Assembly (NCBI RefSeq): GCF_001194135.2
Contig: NC_068990.1
Coordinates: 90,229,965 to 90,285,731 of the forward strand
Source of the DNA: Octopus bimaculoides
Taxonomy: Eukaryota
Length of the DNA: 55,767 bases
Direction of reading: 5' to 3'
Shown in pieces: positions 1-14,288 of the stretch; within the stretch, counting starts at the first letter, position 1; each line of letters begins with the position of its first letter. Both the position numbers and the translations under genes were made by a program. The notes under the pieces were generated by a model. It did not search any database and was not told the origin of the DNA. It saw nothing but the letters and a program-made list of their open reading frames with translations.

Positions 1-644
1 GTGGGGGAAATAAGTTATGAAAGAAAGAAAGAAACAAGAGTGAGAATGAAACAAAGTAGGAGAGAAAAAGAGAAAAAGACTTAGAGAAAAGTAAAATTAC
101 CGTTTGAATTGATTTCTTTGAAGATGTAAAATATTTGATACTTAACTGATACTGACGTGTTCTGAATCGAACTATTTTTCTATGAGGTGATAAAAAACGG
201 ATATATAAAGGTGCCATATGAACTATCAGAAGCTTTTGAAGATTTCCAAGTGAGACTAATTTGGTGGACTGAGGGAAGGACTTTTAGTTTTGGAGTGAAG
301 TTAATGTGCACTTTAATACTTTGAACATTAGCATCATTTGTATGGTGAAGGGGAGCCAAGCACATAAATAAATTGATTGGTATATAGGTAGACATATACA
401 CCTATATGCTTGTTTATCCTTTTTCGAGATCAGCGACGGTTTGTCACTGGGAAAAGCATATAGTATTTTGCGTTTGAAATGAGTTTTCATCGCTAGCTAT
501 TGATTGTCACACGCTGATGACGGGTAAGTACCCAGGAAACCTACAGACATACATACATTACATACATGTATTTGTTTAGTGTTAACTCGGAAAAATGATA
601 CTCAGTACAATAGAAATAAATAATACACACATACACACACACAC

Positions 645-685
<41 letters not shown>

Positions 686-1431
686 TGTTAGCGTATATTC
701 TCGGTCGATGTGTATCAAGGAAGAATATAATTATAAATAAAGCAAAAATGTCCGTGTCTTCTAGTGAAGTTCCCGGCACTATTTCTTCTGTACTGTGTTA
801 AAACCCTCGATTGTCATTCTTATCGTCAACATTCAGTAGACAATGGCTGCCGTAACCGGGGACGCTATTGTCCACAAAAGCCTTATAAAATAACATAAAT
901 GAATCTCAGGCAAGTACTATTGAATGCAAGGAGGAAGAAACTGGATGTTTACAGATAATGTCTTTCAAAACGGGAACAGATAAAATCAGAAATTAAAACC
1001 ATTGTCCTTGTTTGAACCGAAATTACTTTCTGACTTCCCAGCTGTCGTTAATGTCTTCTAAATTGGCAGATTAACCCAGAAAATATCTGCTTTTGATTTC
1101 AGTAACATTATTTCCTAAATGTACTCTATTAACTTGTAGAAAATCCTTTAATACCCAACCAGTTCTGGTAATAAAACTCTTCAGCCAACTGTACCGGTCC
1201 TTAATCCTCAAGGTCCGTCTATAGAATTTTAGTTTTTTTTATCTTTAGTTAATTTTTTCTCTTTGTTACTTTTGTCTCCTCGCCAAGCTTTAGTGTCGTC
1301 TTTTGTGTCTCGCTTTCGTCCCGTTTATATCATTTCAAACACGCATTGATATCCAATGTTTCTCTTTATATAGTATTTCAAGATATCTATCTTTTCCACT
1401 CTTCGTATCCTCCTTACTCACAGCTTTTGTT

Positions 1432-1475
<44 letters not shown>

Positions 1476-3137
1476 CTATTTGTCTCTCTTCCCCTCTCAG
1501 TCGGATCATATTGTTTAAACAAAAAGAAAAAAAAAGAAAAGAGAAAATACGTGAAACGCCAAGAAACAAGAGTGATTATATCTATATCGAAATTTCATGT
1601 CAAATTGGTTATTTGCCATTTTGGCATCGATTTTCGCAACGGTTGCCAAATTATAAGTCCGGACGCGTGACACGTAGCATATGTCAAGATTTTAAAACTG
1701 AGATATACATCTCAAAAACTCAAATTAAAAACAAGATTACAGACACAAATTAAAAGCTTTTAGAGAAATTTATTTAAAAAAAAATTGATACATGACTACG
1801 TAAGGAAGTAGGTGGTGGGTGAGTTGGAAGTGTGTTGTTCGCACTAGAATAACACTGGAGAGGCTAACCGTAGCCATTCGTCATTTTTAATGCTGTATAC
1901 AACTACATTATCCAATGTTTTTCTCCTTTATTCAAGACAGTGAGGTGATACGATATTTTAAGTAGAAGGAGAGATTATTTAAAGGCTGCCTCGTTGATTG
2001 AAGAAGTGATATCTAGCTTTAGACTAGCCATGATCAACATGACATATGACTAAAGGTTTTCCAGCCATGACTATCCCGTATTTTCAGTGGTATCCTAGAT
2101 ATTATATTACCTACTGTATTTTACTTGCTACTGATACTGTTTATCCCAAAGTCATTTCTCATCGAGCTGACGTGTGGTCAATTGTGTTCCAGCCTTGACC
2201 ATCCCTTCTATATTTCAAACATGACTATCCAGTGCGACCATCCTTTTTTAAAGCTGCTGCCTTTAAGATGCTTTATTTACGGTTAGTATGTTTCTACATG
2301 ATATTTGATGGTATTTCTAGAAGGTTTTTTTTCATTCACACAACTTCAGTTATGTTGTTGACAAATGACATGTTTCTATGTATTCATCTTTTCTTCTGTT
2401 CATATAAAATATGGAACGGGCAGCATGTGGTCTTTAAGTTCCTACTCATATTCAGATTGTTTCAATCTGTTCAAATGCCCCATCTCTTAACATTGGAATC
2501 TTTTATCCGTTTAAGACTTAATAAATAATATACTAACATCTGGGAGGATGGCTTGGCCAAATTGTCCGAATGTTGGGCAGAATATACCATAGCTATTCTT
2601 CTTTATTTTCAAGTTCTACTGAGACTAACTTTGCCTTTTATGCGCGAACATTCGCAAATGATTGAATAATTTACCTTACCTGTAGAAAGAACCTTAAAGA
2701 AATGTATAATCCAGATGTGAAAAATCTAGGATCTAGGTTTCGAACTTTCCAAATTACGTTGTTAACGTAAATTTGATTAGTTCTCATCGGCTAGATTCAC
2801 CTAGATTCATCCAGATTCAAATGTCACTACATCAATGCCAGTATACACTCGTCTGAAACGCCTATATTTGGATGTTCAGTTATTTTATTTCCTAACATCA
2901 TTTACTCTTATATGAACAAGAACACTAATGTATAAATATTTTCGTCACTTAAACGTAAACTAAATTTTCATAGTGGTGCTGCTTTTCCTTCCGATAAAAT
3001 AAACCAGTTCACTTTTGAGCATTATTTAAATTGGCATTTATTATGGAACATTGACGAATCGCTCACCTCAGAACGGTACATAATCACATTAGGTATTTGA
3101 GGCAGTGAATGTTGTATGCTTTCATTTATGGAATCTC

Positions 3138-3342
3138 GGAGGAGGTGAGCTGGCAAAACCATTAACATGCTGCACAAAATGCTTTGCATAATTTCATTGA
3201 TCAGTACTAATTCCGCGGAGATCGACTTTGCCCTTCATCCCTTTCCGGGTTGATGAAATAAGTACGAGCTGAGCTCTGGGGTCGATGTAATTGACCAATC
3301 CCTGAAGTTTAGGACCTTGTACTTGTAGCATAAGGGATTTTT
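3138..3342 (+). mobile_element. Diverged copy of the same SINE superfamily
   Basis: GGTGAGCTGGCA head; GATCGACTTTGCCCTTCATCC..GATGAAATAAGTAC..GGGGTCGATGTAATTGAC. Confidence 0.8.
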
Positions 3343-3419
3343 ATAATCTCCAAAGTGGTACCTGTGAAGCGCATGGAGTATTAGTTAAGGTATTCAGTTA
3401 GTTAGTGGGTTCGCTTCTT

Positions 3420-3720
3420 GAATGAGACAACATCTATGACCCGTAAAAAAGGGAATTCATCTCAAGTCGCACCAGTCTCCTCAGTAAAAGTAGCCTACCA
3501 GAAAGATCTCTTGAAGTTACAGCTATTGTCTTACAAAGGTGTGACTATGTATGGGAGGAACTGTTACATTGATCAACGTAGGTTTCGGTATTTGCTGTTT
3601 GAAATGGAAAGAAACGACGGTCATGAGCGGAAAATTCCTTTTATCATCAGTTAACAGACACCTCTAAAACGGCCAATGTGGTGATGGACATAAACCAGTG
3701 TTATGTTCACGTGTCTTTGT
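3420..3720 (-). mobile_element. Possible decayed PLE reverse transcriptase C-terminal/thumb fragment
   Basis: Minus strand reads DDKRNFPLMTVVSFHFKQQIPKP, resembling the invertebrate PLE motif YDKRDDFPF.IV.FP.L.SNIP. The fragment is frameshifted and has stops. Confidence 0.35.
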
Positions 3721-3973
3721 TTCATAACAGTGGGAGAACAAAGAACGGGGGTTTGGAGAAGAGATAGAGAGCAAGGTATATAGAGAAATAAATAAAGAAG
3801 GAACTAGTAATGAGAAAGCAAATAAAAAATTTTGAAATATTACTTTTGATCTACTTAAGGGAAAACACGTACGGACCGTTTTAAAGTCTTGGAACCCAAC
3901 GAAGCTAGTCATTAGCATTTAACATTTACACTGTAAGAAATGTTATAAGTTCATGAAGTACGTCCATTACGGG

Positions 3974-4033
<60 letters not shown>

Positions 4034-4655
4034 GAGTGAGAGAGACAGAGAGACAGAGAGAGAGAAGAGAGAGGGTATCATAAAAAATAATGCAATAACA
4101 AGAAGTATTGTGAAATGGGAAACCAATAATAATGGACAGAGATATGTTTGTGTGGGTAAAACGTTTGCGCTTTGTTTGAACGTAGATCCGACAAAAAACA
4201 TACAACAATGCCGCACCACAATGATTGAAACTGCTAAAAAAATATATATTATATATCATTTTTTGCTTTAATGACGAGTGTATCATTAAAGTTAAGTAAG
4301 GCGAAATATGCAAACATATTATATCTAAATTACGAGACTAGAACCCATATCTATTTTTTGACTTCTATAAAAAAAACTAGCTATCACTAATGGATTCCAC
4401 TATCTACGTTAGGGCAAACTTTAAATGATAGTAGTAGCTGGTATTTCTAATGCTATTTGATAAGCCAGTCTTTGTATCACAGTCCGAACATTTTGTGGTA
4501 AATCTAACTTTTGATATAATTCTGTTGGTGTGCAAAGATTTAGTTCTTAATTTTGTTGCTAGTCGTAACTTAGTGCGGTAAGTATAGCTCTAGGGTGTAA
4601 TTCTAGCTTGTTGAATTACACTTAGAGAGTCCGGAAACTTATTGACCACACCTCA

Positions 4656-4686
<31 letters not shown>

Positions 4687-5003
4687 NNNNNNNNNNNNNN
4701 NNNNNNNNNNNNNNNNNNNNNNNNNNNNNNNNNNNNNNNNNNNNNNNNNNNNNNNNNNNNNNNNNNNNNNNNNNNNNNNNNNNNNNNNNNNNNNNNNNNN
4801 NNNNNNNNNNNNNNNNNNNNNNNNNNNNNNNNNNNNNNNNNNNNNNNNNNNNNNNNNNNNNNNNNNNNNNNNNNNNNNNNNNNNNNNNNNNNNNNNNNNN
4901 NNNNNNNNNNNNNNNNNNNNNNNNNNNNNNNNNNNNNNNNNNNNNNNNNNNNNNNNNNNNNNNNNNNNNNNNNNNNNNNNNNNNNNNNNNNNNNNNNNNN
5001 NNN

Positions 5004-5039
<36 letters not shown>

Positions 5040-6970
5040 GTGTGTGTGTGTCTGTATAAGGCAATATAATCACTTGTCGAATTCCGAATTCCTATTGAAA
5101 TTAACACATGCACAGTTCATGTTACTCAAATGAGCTTTTTGATTTGATTTCCACTTCATTCGATTATCGTCAATTCGTTTCCCTATATGATGCTGATGAC
5201 AGTGACACGTCATCCATTCCATCCAGATCGTTTTACAGGTTTGCAACTGAAATGTTATGAATGATTCACCTGTTAAGGTTTTGACCGTAAAATGATATTA
5301 GACACAATGTAAGAGAAATCGATCCTCAGTAGTTTGCTTCGGGAAATTTATGTTGAACAGTAAAATTAAATAGGAGTAAGCTAATTGTTGGTTATCCTCG
5401 GATTGGTGACACGTCAACAAATTACAAAGTAAATTGTGCAGTCGTAGAAATTGCATATAAAATATAATAGATACTTGAGAATACAGTAGATCGTTTCCTC
5501 TCACTCTTTCCTTGATATCTCAATATAATCGCCCATCAGGAATGTATTTCCTATGTTAATTCAGTTGATGTGGAAACAAAATGGAATGATGAAACTCGAA
5601 CTATACATGTACAATGAGAATTCAAAATAATCGCATAATGAATATGACGTGTGCTGACGTCCGCACTAATGGAGTAGATTGGTGATCAAAAGCATTCTAA
5701 CCGTGGCCATCCCATTTTGTTTTTATTTCGGATATTCTGTATCTGGGACTACGATGTGTTGTTTTCTTTTGAAATTGGGCAGGGTGTGATATGAAAGAGA
5801 TTAGATTCGGTTGCTGTTTCTAGCAGGTCGAAGGAACACGACAAAATTCCTTTGTTGGTTCTAGAATGTATAAATTGATGCATGACAGATGTGACATTTC
5901 GGGAGTCAGATGTAGATATCAGCTTGGTGTCTGTCGCAAATAAGTCCACTAAAAACTGCAAACGAAGGGGTTCAAAGAAACAACCACACTGCATCGTCGG
6001 TTGCCCGAATTAACAAGGGGCACGTTCGACAAATATTTTGTTATCGTCAGCAATGTGCCTAGAACTTGTTCCGGAAGGCGTGAGGTGGAATGACGAAGGA
6101 TGCGTGTTCCGGAATCTCCAAGTGGGTCCAGGAGAGGACAACCGTTAATGATTGGAATGTCATAAATTTTACGAGTCCAGAGCAAGAACTAGTGGAAGAT
6201 GCCAAACGCTACTGGCTAGAAACTCTTCGACTAAAGGCAGTGCTCTTCATATCCTTTTCGTAATCATCTCTCCATTTTGCAATTCTTTCATTTTCCATAA
6301 TCACATAATTTGTACATATTTTCTTAATGATTCTGTCCTCTTCCTCTCTGCCTTTTATGTACTCTTTCACGCTGTGTGAACTGGAGCAACGTGAAATAAA
6401 GTGTCTTGCTCAAGAACACAACACACACCCCGATCCGGGATTCGCACTCACAAACTCAAGGTTGTACGTTCGACCTTCTAACCGATGAACCGTGCGCCTT
6501 CACTTATAAATATATGCAAAGAGAGAATGGAGGTAGAAATGAATGCAAGAAAGAATAAGATCAGCACTTATTACTCGACGACTTATATTTCCTTGATGAT
6601 ATTCTATCTTATCCATTTATTTCTTATCCAGAATCAAAGCAAGTAAAGAGAATATAATGATAACGCAAGCCTTTATATATTGGCCGCCATTACATTATTT
6701 ATCTTTTCCAGTTTTTAGTGGTTTCTTTCTTAGAATTCAACGTTAATATGTCGGAATAATTTGATATTTTAATTGCCAGATTTACTGAGGATTATCATGC
6801 CAATTTTCTGTAATCTTTATACCATAACAGAGCAGATATAATATTTGGAAATAAAAAGGAAGCCACGCACACGCATGTTTAATCAACTACGGGCAAGTAC
6901 GCACGCATATTTGCACGCATGAACACACAAATACACATATGTATACATACATACATACATACACACATAC

Positions 6971-7011
<41 letters not shown>

Positions 7012-8269
7012 NNNNNNNNNNNNNNNNNNNNNNNNNNNNNNNNNNNNNNNNNNNNNNNNNNNNNNNNNNNNNNNNNNNNNNNNNNNNNNNNNNNNNNNNN
7101 NNNNNNNNNNNNNNNNNNNNNNNNNNNNNNNNNNNNNNNNNNNNNNNNNNNNNNNNNNNNNNNNNNNNNNNNNNNNNNNNNNNNNNNNNNNNNNNNNNNN
7201 NNNNNNNNNNNNNNNNNNNNNNNNNNNNNNNNNNNNNNNNNNNNNNNNNNNNNNNNNNNNNNNNNNNNNNNNNNNNNNNNNNNNNNNNNNNNNNNNNNNN
7301 NNNNNNNNNNNNNNNNNNNNNNNNNNNNNNNNNNNNNNNNNNNNNNNNNNNNNNNNNNNNNNNNNNNNNNNNNNNNNNNNNNNNNNNNNNNNNNNNNNNN
7401 NNNNNNNNNNNNNNNNNNNNNNNNNNNNNNNNNNNNNNNNNNNNNNNNNNNNNNNNNNNNNNNNNNNNNNNNNNNNNNNNNNNNNNNNNNNNNNNNNNAT
7501 ATATATATATATATATATATACACTTATTTATTAACTTATGTATATGTATGTGTGTGTATGTATATATGGATGCGTGTAAGTATGTATTTATATGCCACG
7601 AGAAAATGTAATCAGATTATATATTGCGCATGTACCTGTAATTTCGTTTCCGGATGTTTCCTTTTTCGTCTGAATCCATTCGTAATTATTAATAAGGCCA
7701 TTTCTTCTTAAGAGTCTTACAGAAGAATATCTTACGGGAAATAACACACAGAGCTGAAAAGAAAATTTTGTTCCTTTCGGTTTAGGCAACTGAATCAGTA
7801 TTATGCTTAAATCGTCATCTGTGTATCATACTAAATATATATACACCGTTGAAAGGCCTGGTGGTACGGAATTGTCTGAGGTAATATTTTAAATTCTCTT
7901 TATAGATTTGTTAAAAAAAAAGACATATTGCTACCACGTCACAAGAAACGGACAAACGCATTTCGCCTTTCTTGAGTTTTGTTAAAGTCATTTTCTGGAT
8001 TTATTATGATGCATAAATGATGATTTGCTTTAGTTGATGATATATTGAATACCATAATCTAAGCTGTATTCGCATTATCATGTCTTGGATTATATGAATG
8101 TTTTGGACAGGTATGGCTGGGTGCAGGCGAGGCTATGAGGTAAGAATTTTGCTTCCCAACCATGCGTGGTACCTTTGGCAAATGTCTGGTACTATAGTTT
8201 CGGGCCGACCAAAACCTTGTGAGTGGATTTGGTAGAGAAGAACTGAAATATATTGTTTAATGAACACAG

Positions 8270-8890
8270 CATAAATTTTTATGAGCTACAAAATAGTTTC
8301 ATGCAATTAAAACGACACAGAGCGTATTTTATAACATGTCTGGTGCCTTCAGGTTGTGTTCACATGACATATACAAGCAAGAACGGGATGATAGAATAAT
8401 AAAAAACACGAGAAAAGTCGAGAAGGTAGATGTAGCAGGTGGAAGGGTCAGAACACCGGAATATGAAAGTCAAAAGTAAAAAAGTAAAAAAGGAGGAAAG
8501 AATTAGATTTAGGTACCCTTTGAAAATAAAGCCAAAATAAGGCTGAACGGGTAGGGATCTAGAGTCTGGGGTGCAGTCGCTAAACCCGACGAGGGTGGTA
8601 TTTTCCGATTCACTAAAAATTCAGATTTGGAATTAAGCAATGCGGTGGTGTTTTTAAATTTGTATTTTACATATGGCTCAGATGTTTGAACTATTTTCCA
8701 ATTGATTGTATGTGGTCTGGTGTTAGATTTCAAACCCTTACGTGGCCAGCCCCGCATGTGGTTTGAATAAGTGCCAGGCTTTAACAAACATAAGTACTAA
8801 GACCGATTCGTTCCACTAACGTTCCTAAAGACCTCTTCTCCCATCACTGAACGTTGTCTTTGCCGCCATTTATAGCTAAATAGACTTGGC
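8270..8890 (-). mobile_element. Decayed Penelope-like element 3' end (GIY-YIG C-terminal remnant plus degenerate hammerhead)
   Basis: Minus-strand pieces LSTYV (8787-8801), LKSNTRPHTINWKIVQTSEPY (to 8671) and LLNSKSEF (8617-8640) match the PLE endonuclease pattern LSKYIW.LK...I.WKI...PY...LLNKRSE; the intervening CxxC is missing. Downstream, GCAU-GAAAC-UAUUUU-GUA-GCU at 8283-8304 is a hammerhead 3' half. Confidence 0.6.
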
Positions 8891-9409
8891 TATTATCATT
8901 GAAATATCATCTATAGTGCGATGTTAGTAAGGTGGAGCAAACCGCCAATCCTTTTGTTTTCATGCCATCAGCTGCAGCTTTTACATCGAATCCGTCCATT
9001 AAATCTAAAAAAAAAAAAAAAGGAAAAAAAGTGAAGAAAAAAAAATTGTTTTAACCAAATCATTCCAAGATATTTCAATATTATTGCGATATGACATACT
9101 TGAAAATTTCCAATAAACACGAATTGCAAATTTTTGAATATGTTTTTAATTTCAATATTTCATTTATTGTTTCCCTTTGTCTTATTCTTTTAAGCATTTT
9201 AATGTTGAAATTCACGTATTTGTTTCACCAATACAGAACAATTACAATCTCATTAACGTTACAATTTTTTGGATAGTTTTTGTTGCTTATAATTTCATAT
9301 AATTTTAATTTCCTGCTAATTTCTTTCTTTTGCCTAGCAACCCCTTCCTTAACCTTCTTTAGTCCTCAGTAAATGAAGAAAGCATAATTATTTAACATTC
9401 CCTCCAAAC

Positions 9410-9411
<2 letters not shown>

Positions 9412-9482
<71 letters not shown>
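9412..9482. repeat. (CA)n microsatellite, one of many. Others include (TG)n 647-682 and 36747-36818, (AG)n 3975-4070 and 52640-52760, (TTG)n(TTC)n 13436-13527, (TTA)n 17906-17963, (ATT)/(GTT) 26890-27010, (ATCT)n 26548-26583 and (TATG)n 44022-44077
   Basis: Seen directly. Most N gaps are bordered by such tracts. Confidence 0.98.
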
Positions 9483-9484
<2 letters not shown>

Positions 9485-12400
9485 TTAAATGTCTTGTTAG
9501 AGGTGCAGACGTGACTGTGTCAATAAGTACACTTTCTACTGCGTGGTTTCACTTCCCATCCTATCGTTCAGCATCCTGGGACGTGTATTCTACCACAGGC
9601 TCAGACAGAATAAAGCCTTGTTCTGGAAATTGGCAGAGTGAATAGAATACAGGGCAAAATGTACTGCGGTAATTGTTTCGTGTCGTTCTGTTCTGACTTC
9701 AAATCATTTGTCATTATTCTGAATCCATGGACATTACATTCTCGGGTCCCACAACTCATAGGACCGGTTATTCGGCTTCCATTTCGCACAAGTGACCGAT
9801 ACTCCTCCTGTACGGGTGTTGGGGTGGTGGATAATCCGTGGCAGGGTTACACATTTACAGTTGAGTGGAGTGGAGCAACGAACGTGAAATGAAGAGATGT
9901 GTCCAAGAATACAATGCATCGCAAGGTTTGAAAATCGAAATCACGATCTTGTGATTGTGAGTGCGACATCCTAACCGAACCCAAGGGCCTATCGTCCTTC
10001 TGGGGTCGACAAAATGAAATGCTAATCAAATACGTGTGTCACAGACACCGACGATTGCTCTCCCACGAAAACCTTTTTCCTTAAACTTAAATTAAATAAA
10101 AAAAACTACCTTTATCATCAAATTCTTGATGCTGTCAGTTTATCAATGTTTGGCTCTTAAATACACAAATGAAAACGGTGAAAATTTTTACTACTTCTCA
10201 AATCCCAATTAAATACCGAAAGTAAATTAAGGTGGTGATGCAATTATGACTTCGAGATAAATCAATCAATGACTAAATATTGATTCGAGCATCAACAATA
10301 CATTGATTATCGGTTCTATAAGCATAATTTATACACTTGATCTAAAGAAATTAATGATAGCTTTTACTTACGATTCTCACAGAAGGCTTTATAATTAATT
10401 TATAATTAATTTATAATTAATTTCCTTGTAAAGATTTCCGGAAAATCGTATCAAAGTGATACATAAGAATCAGTTTGTTAAATCATTTGCGTTGTTGCTA
10501 TTGTTGTTGCTGTTGTTGTTGTTATTGGTATTGATACTGTTGTTGCTGTTGTTGTTATGGTTTTCCATTTCTCCATTAATGCTGTTGAAACAATAAATAA
10601 TTAAACGGAATCATTAGTCAGAAATAATACGAGATTGATTTTTATAGCTAAACCGTACGTTCAATGAACTTGCAAAGTATGGATTTTTTAAACTACACTT
10701 TACAAAGTTTCTGTAATATTTGAGCTTTCTGCATAACTATTACACAGTTTTAAAGATGGCTGCTTTAGATTTTCGTATTCCTTCCGGTTGTTATCACGCA
10801 ACGCTTACTACATTTAATGATTTCTTATTTTCATATCCACGGTTATCTAATTTATCGATATATATTTGCTTGAGAAATATTTTGCATGACTACGTGTGAC
10901 GATATGACTTTGTATATGTGCGAGTTTGTCTGTGTATATACGTATAAAATATATGTGTTTTCCAACTCTTATTGTTCGAATTTCTCACTGGTCTGTTCCT
11001 TGCCTAAAAACAAGGCTCCCTTATTAGAATTTAGATTACATCAACTGAATGGTCATGTATGTATACAAGTACGCATGCGCGTAGGAACATATGAGTTTTT
11101 ATATGTATGTGCAGATTTATGTATACACACTCACACATAAGGATATATACACGTGTATATATATATGTAAATATATATATATATANNNNNNNNNNNNNNN
11201 NNNNNNNNNNNNNNNNNNNNNNNNNNNNNNNNNNNNNNNNNNNNNNNNNNNNNNNNNNNNNNNNNNNNNNNNNNNNNNNNNNNNNNNNNNNNNNNNNNNN
11301 NNNNNNNNNNNNNNNTATATATACATATATATATATTCTTTTAATCTTTTATTATTTTACTTGTTTCAGTCACTTGACTGCGGCATAAATTTAAGTCCTT
11401 TTGAGTTGGGTGTTCAAATCTCGACTCATAGACTCTGCCATTCCGGCTTTAGGATAATGTTAAGGTAACCATACATGACACTCGCAAGCGAGTATGACTT
11501 AGCAGCATGTGTTATGTTTACGTTCGTTGACTTAAGTGTCTTTGTTGTCAGAAGTACACACATACATTCTCTCTCATGAAAATAAGGCAGCCAGAAGGAG
11601 AGCGGGTGGCACCAATAACAGGCTATTACTCATTCCGCGCATATTGCCTTACACGAGAGCAAAATAGCCTTTAAGTCTAGGAAACGGACCCATGATCTTA
11701 AGATCGTGATCCCAACATCCGAACCGCTTGCTATAAAATGGTAGATTTAATCAACTGAGGTCTCTTCTTAAAAGATTGAGGTGTTATTAGATTCTTCTTT
11801 GCATGGCTGTTTAAAAAAGAATGGGCATTTATGTTCCTTATTAACAAGGGATACTTTTTCTGCCTGTCTATCTGACAGCCTGTCAGTCTGTCTGCATCAT
11901 CTAAGAGACAACAAGCATAGAAGTTCAAGTTAAATACATACTGAATTGAAATTTTCATTTCTTTGCTTGTTTCATAAATAGCGGTCATTGGTCAGCCTTG
12001 GGGTGCAGGTATAACACTTTTTTTCTCCGAATTACCGCACAGACATTGAACTCAAAACCGCATGGTAGCGAAACGGAGCTATACATGTATTCATGCATAT
12101 ATGCATGTATGCACATATATATATATATATATATATAATTTTGAAACACACGCACATATATGATATCATTTAAATGATCCAAAGAGGATAATGAACTTAT
12201 CCTCAATTAAATTGTAAATATGTAATGTGATTGTTTAATTTTTAAAAATTTTCTATTTCTCTTCTGGATGCTATGTGAGAGTGATCGCATGCATAAAAGC
12301 GCGCATGCATGTGGGTAGGATTGGCGTTGGTGATCGCATTCCATTGTTAACTTTAATTATTTATTGTATCTTTCTGTTTTGTTTTCTGCGATATTCTTTC

Positions 12401-12904
12401 TGTCATATCAACTTTCTCTGCACGAAGACTACGCAACAGAATAGATCGTGTGACATTTGCTTTAAGCACTTAAACACAATTCAATTAGTATAACAGCAGG
12501 AGGCAGTGAAATGTAACAAATTACACAACCATTTTCTTCAATAGTTCTTATTCAAAAACAATGAAATCAACTAACTTAACTTGATTCCCATAGCAAACGT
12601 GTTTACATACGTTTAGAACTGGCGTTCATTTTTGTTGTTTGCAAGTTATGTATTTTGGTTCGTTTTTATATTTTGTTGAATTGCGGATTTGCATTTTGAT
12701 ATAATTAATAAATATTATAGTATAATTACCACACACGGCTAACATTGTTAAAATTGTGAAGTCTATTTTTGGTACGTCCTCTTCGGTTTTATATAATCCG
12801 ATGCTGCGTTGTGTAATATTTATAATAAAATAAATATTAGAGCTTATTGCTTGGTTTAACTGACGTCAATGTATGATGTAGATATAACGGTTGTTATTGC
12901 TCCT

Positions 12905-13285
12905 GTTTAACCCCAGGCTAAGCCTGGTTTTACAAACCCGTGATCACATGCATCCCAACCACGATCTTCTAATCCTCTCGTGCGTTAGGTAACTAAGGCT
13001 ACATTAATGAATCGACATGGTCAACTGCCGGACATTACTGACTCGAGTCATAGGAAGCATAGCACCCGTTACCCCGTTTTCATGGGCGTATAAGCGACCA
13101 AGATGGCGACATCTTCCCCTGAACGAGACTTAAGTCCATCGAAAGGTTAGTCATTTGCGGCTCAGTGGACAGGAGCAATTTGAAATGAAGTACATTGCTC
13201 AAGAACACAATGCATCTCTCGGTCCGATAATCAAAACCTTGATAATAAGATCGTGAATGCAACTTCCTAACCACTGGTTCACACC
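12905..13285 (-). mobile_element. Third SINE family, near full-length diverged copy. Related pieces at 6370-6500 and 9690-9985
   Basis: Shared plus-strand block GGAGCAA.GTGAAATGAAGT.T.TTGCTCAAGAACACAA followed by a reverse tRNA-like head. Confidence 0.7.
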
Positions 13286-14246
13286 CAATAATGATGTGCC
13301 TTCATTTCCAATTAGACAACTTTGTAGATTTATTAACTATTTCTAACAGGTTATGCGACCAGGCACCCACTCTCACACACACGCACACACATTTGGATTA
13401 CTGGTCACTCGCTGATAAATTTGGTTACTGCATATTGTTGTTGTTGTTGTTGTTGTTGTTGTTCTTCTTCTTCTTCTTCTTCTTCTTCTTCTTCTTCTTC
13501 TTCTTCTTCTTCTTCTTCTTCTTCTTCNNNNNNNNNNNNNNNNNNNNNNNNNNNNNNNNNNNNNNNNNNNNNNNNNNNNNNNNNNNNNNNNNNNNNNNNN
13601 NNNNNNNNNNNNNNNNNNNNNNNNNNNNNNNNNNNNNNNNNNNNNNNNNNNNNNNNNNNNNNNNNNNNNNNNNNNNNNNNNNNNNNNNNNNNNNNNNNNN
13701 NNNNNNNNNNNNNNNNNNNNNNNNNNNNNNNNNNNNNNNNNNNNNNNNNNNNNNNNNNNNNNNNNNNNNNNNNNNNNNNNNNNNNNNNNNNNNNNNNNNN
13801 NNNNNNNNNNNNNNNNNNNNNNNNNNNNNNNNNNNNNNNNNNNNNNNNNNNNNNNNNNNNNNNNNNNNNNNNNNNNNNNNNNNNNNNNNNNNNNNNNNNN
13901 NNNNNNNNNNNNNNNNNNNNNNNNNNNNNNNNNNNNNNNNNNNNNNNNNNNNNNNNNNNNNNNNNNNNNNNNNNNNNNNNNNNNNNNNNNNNNNNNNNNN
14001 NNNNNNNNNNNNNNNNNNNNNNNNNNNNNNNNNNNNNNNNNNNNNNNNNNNNNNNNNNNNNNNNNNNNNNNNNNNNNNNNNNNNNNNNNNNNNNNNNNNN
14101 NNNNNNNNNNNNNNNNNNNNNNNNNNNNNNNNNNNNNNNNNNNNNNNNNNNNNNNNNNNNNNNNNNNNNNNNNNNNNNNNNNNNNNNNNNNNNNNNNTAT
14201 ATATATATATACATACAGAGAAAGAGAGAGGGATAGATATATAGAG

Positions 14247-14285
<39 letters not shown>

Positions 14286-14288
<3 letters not shown>

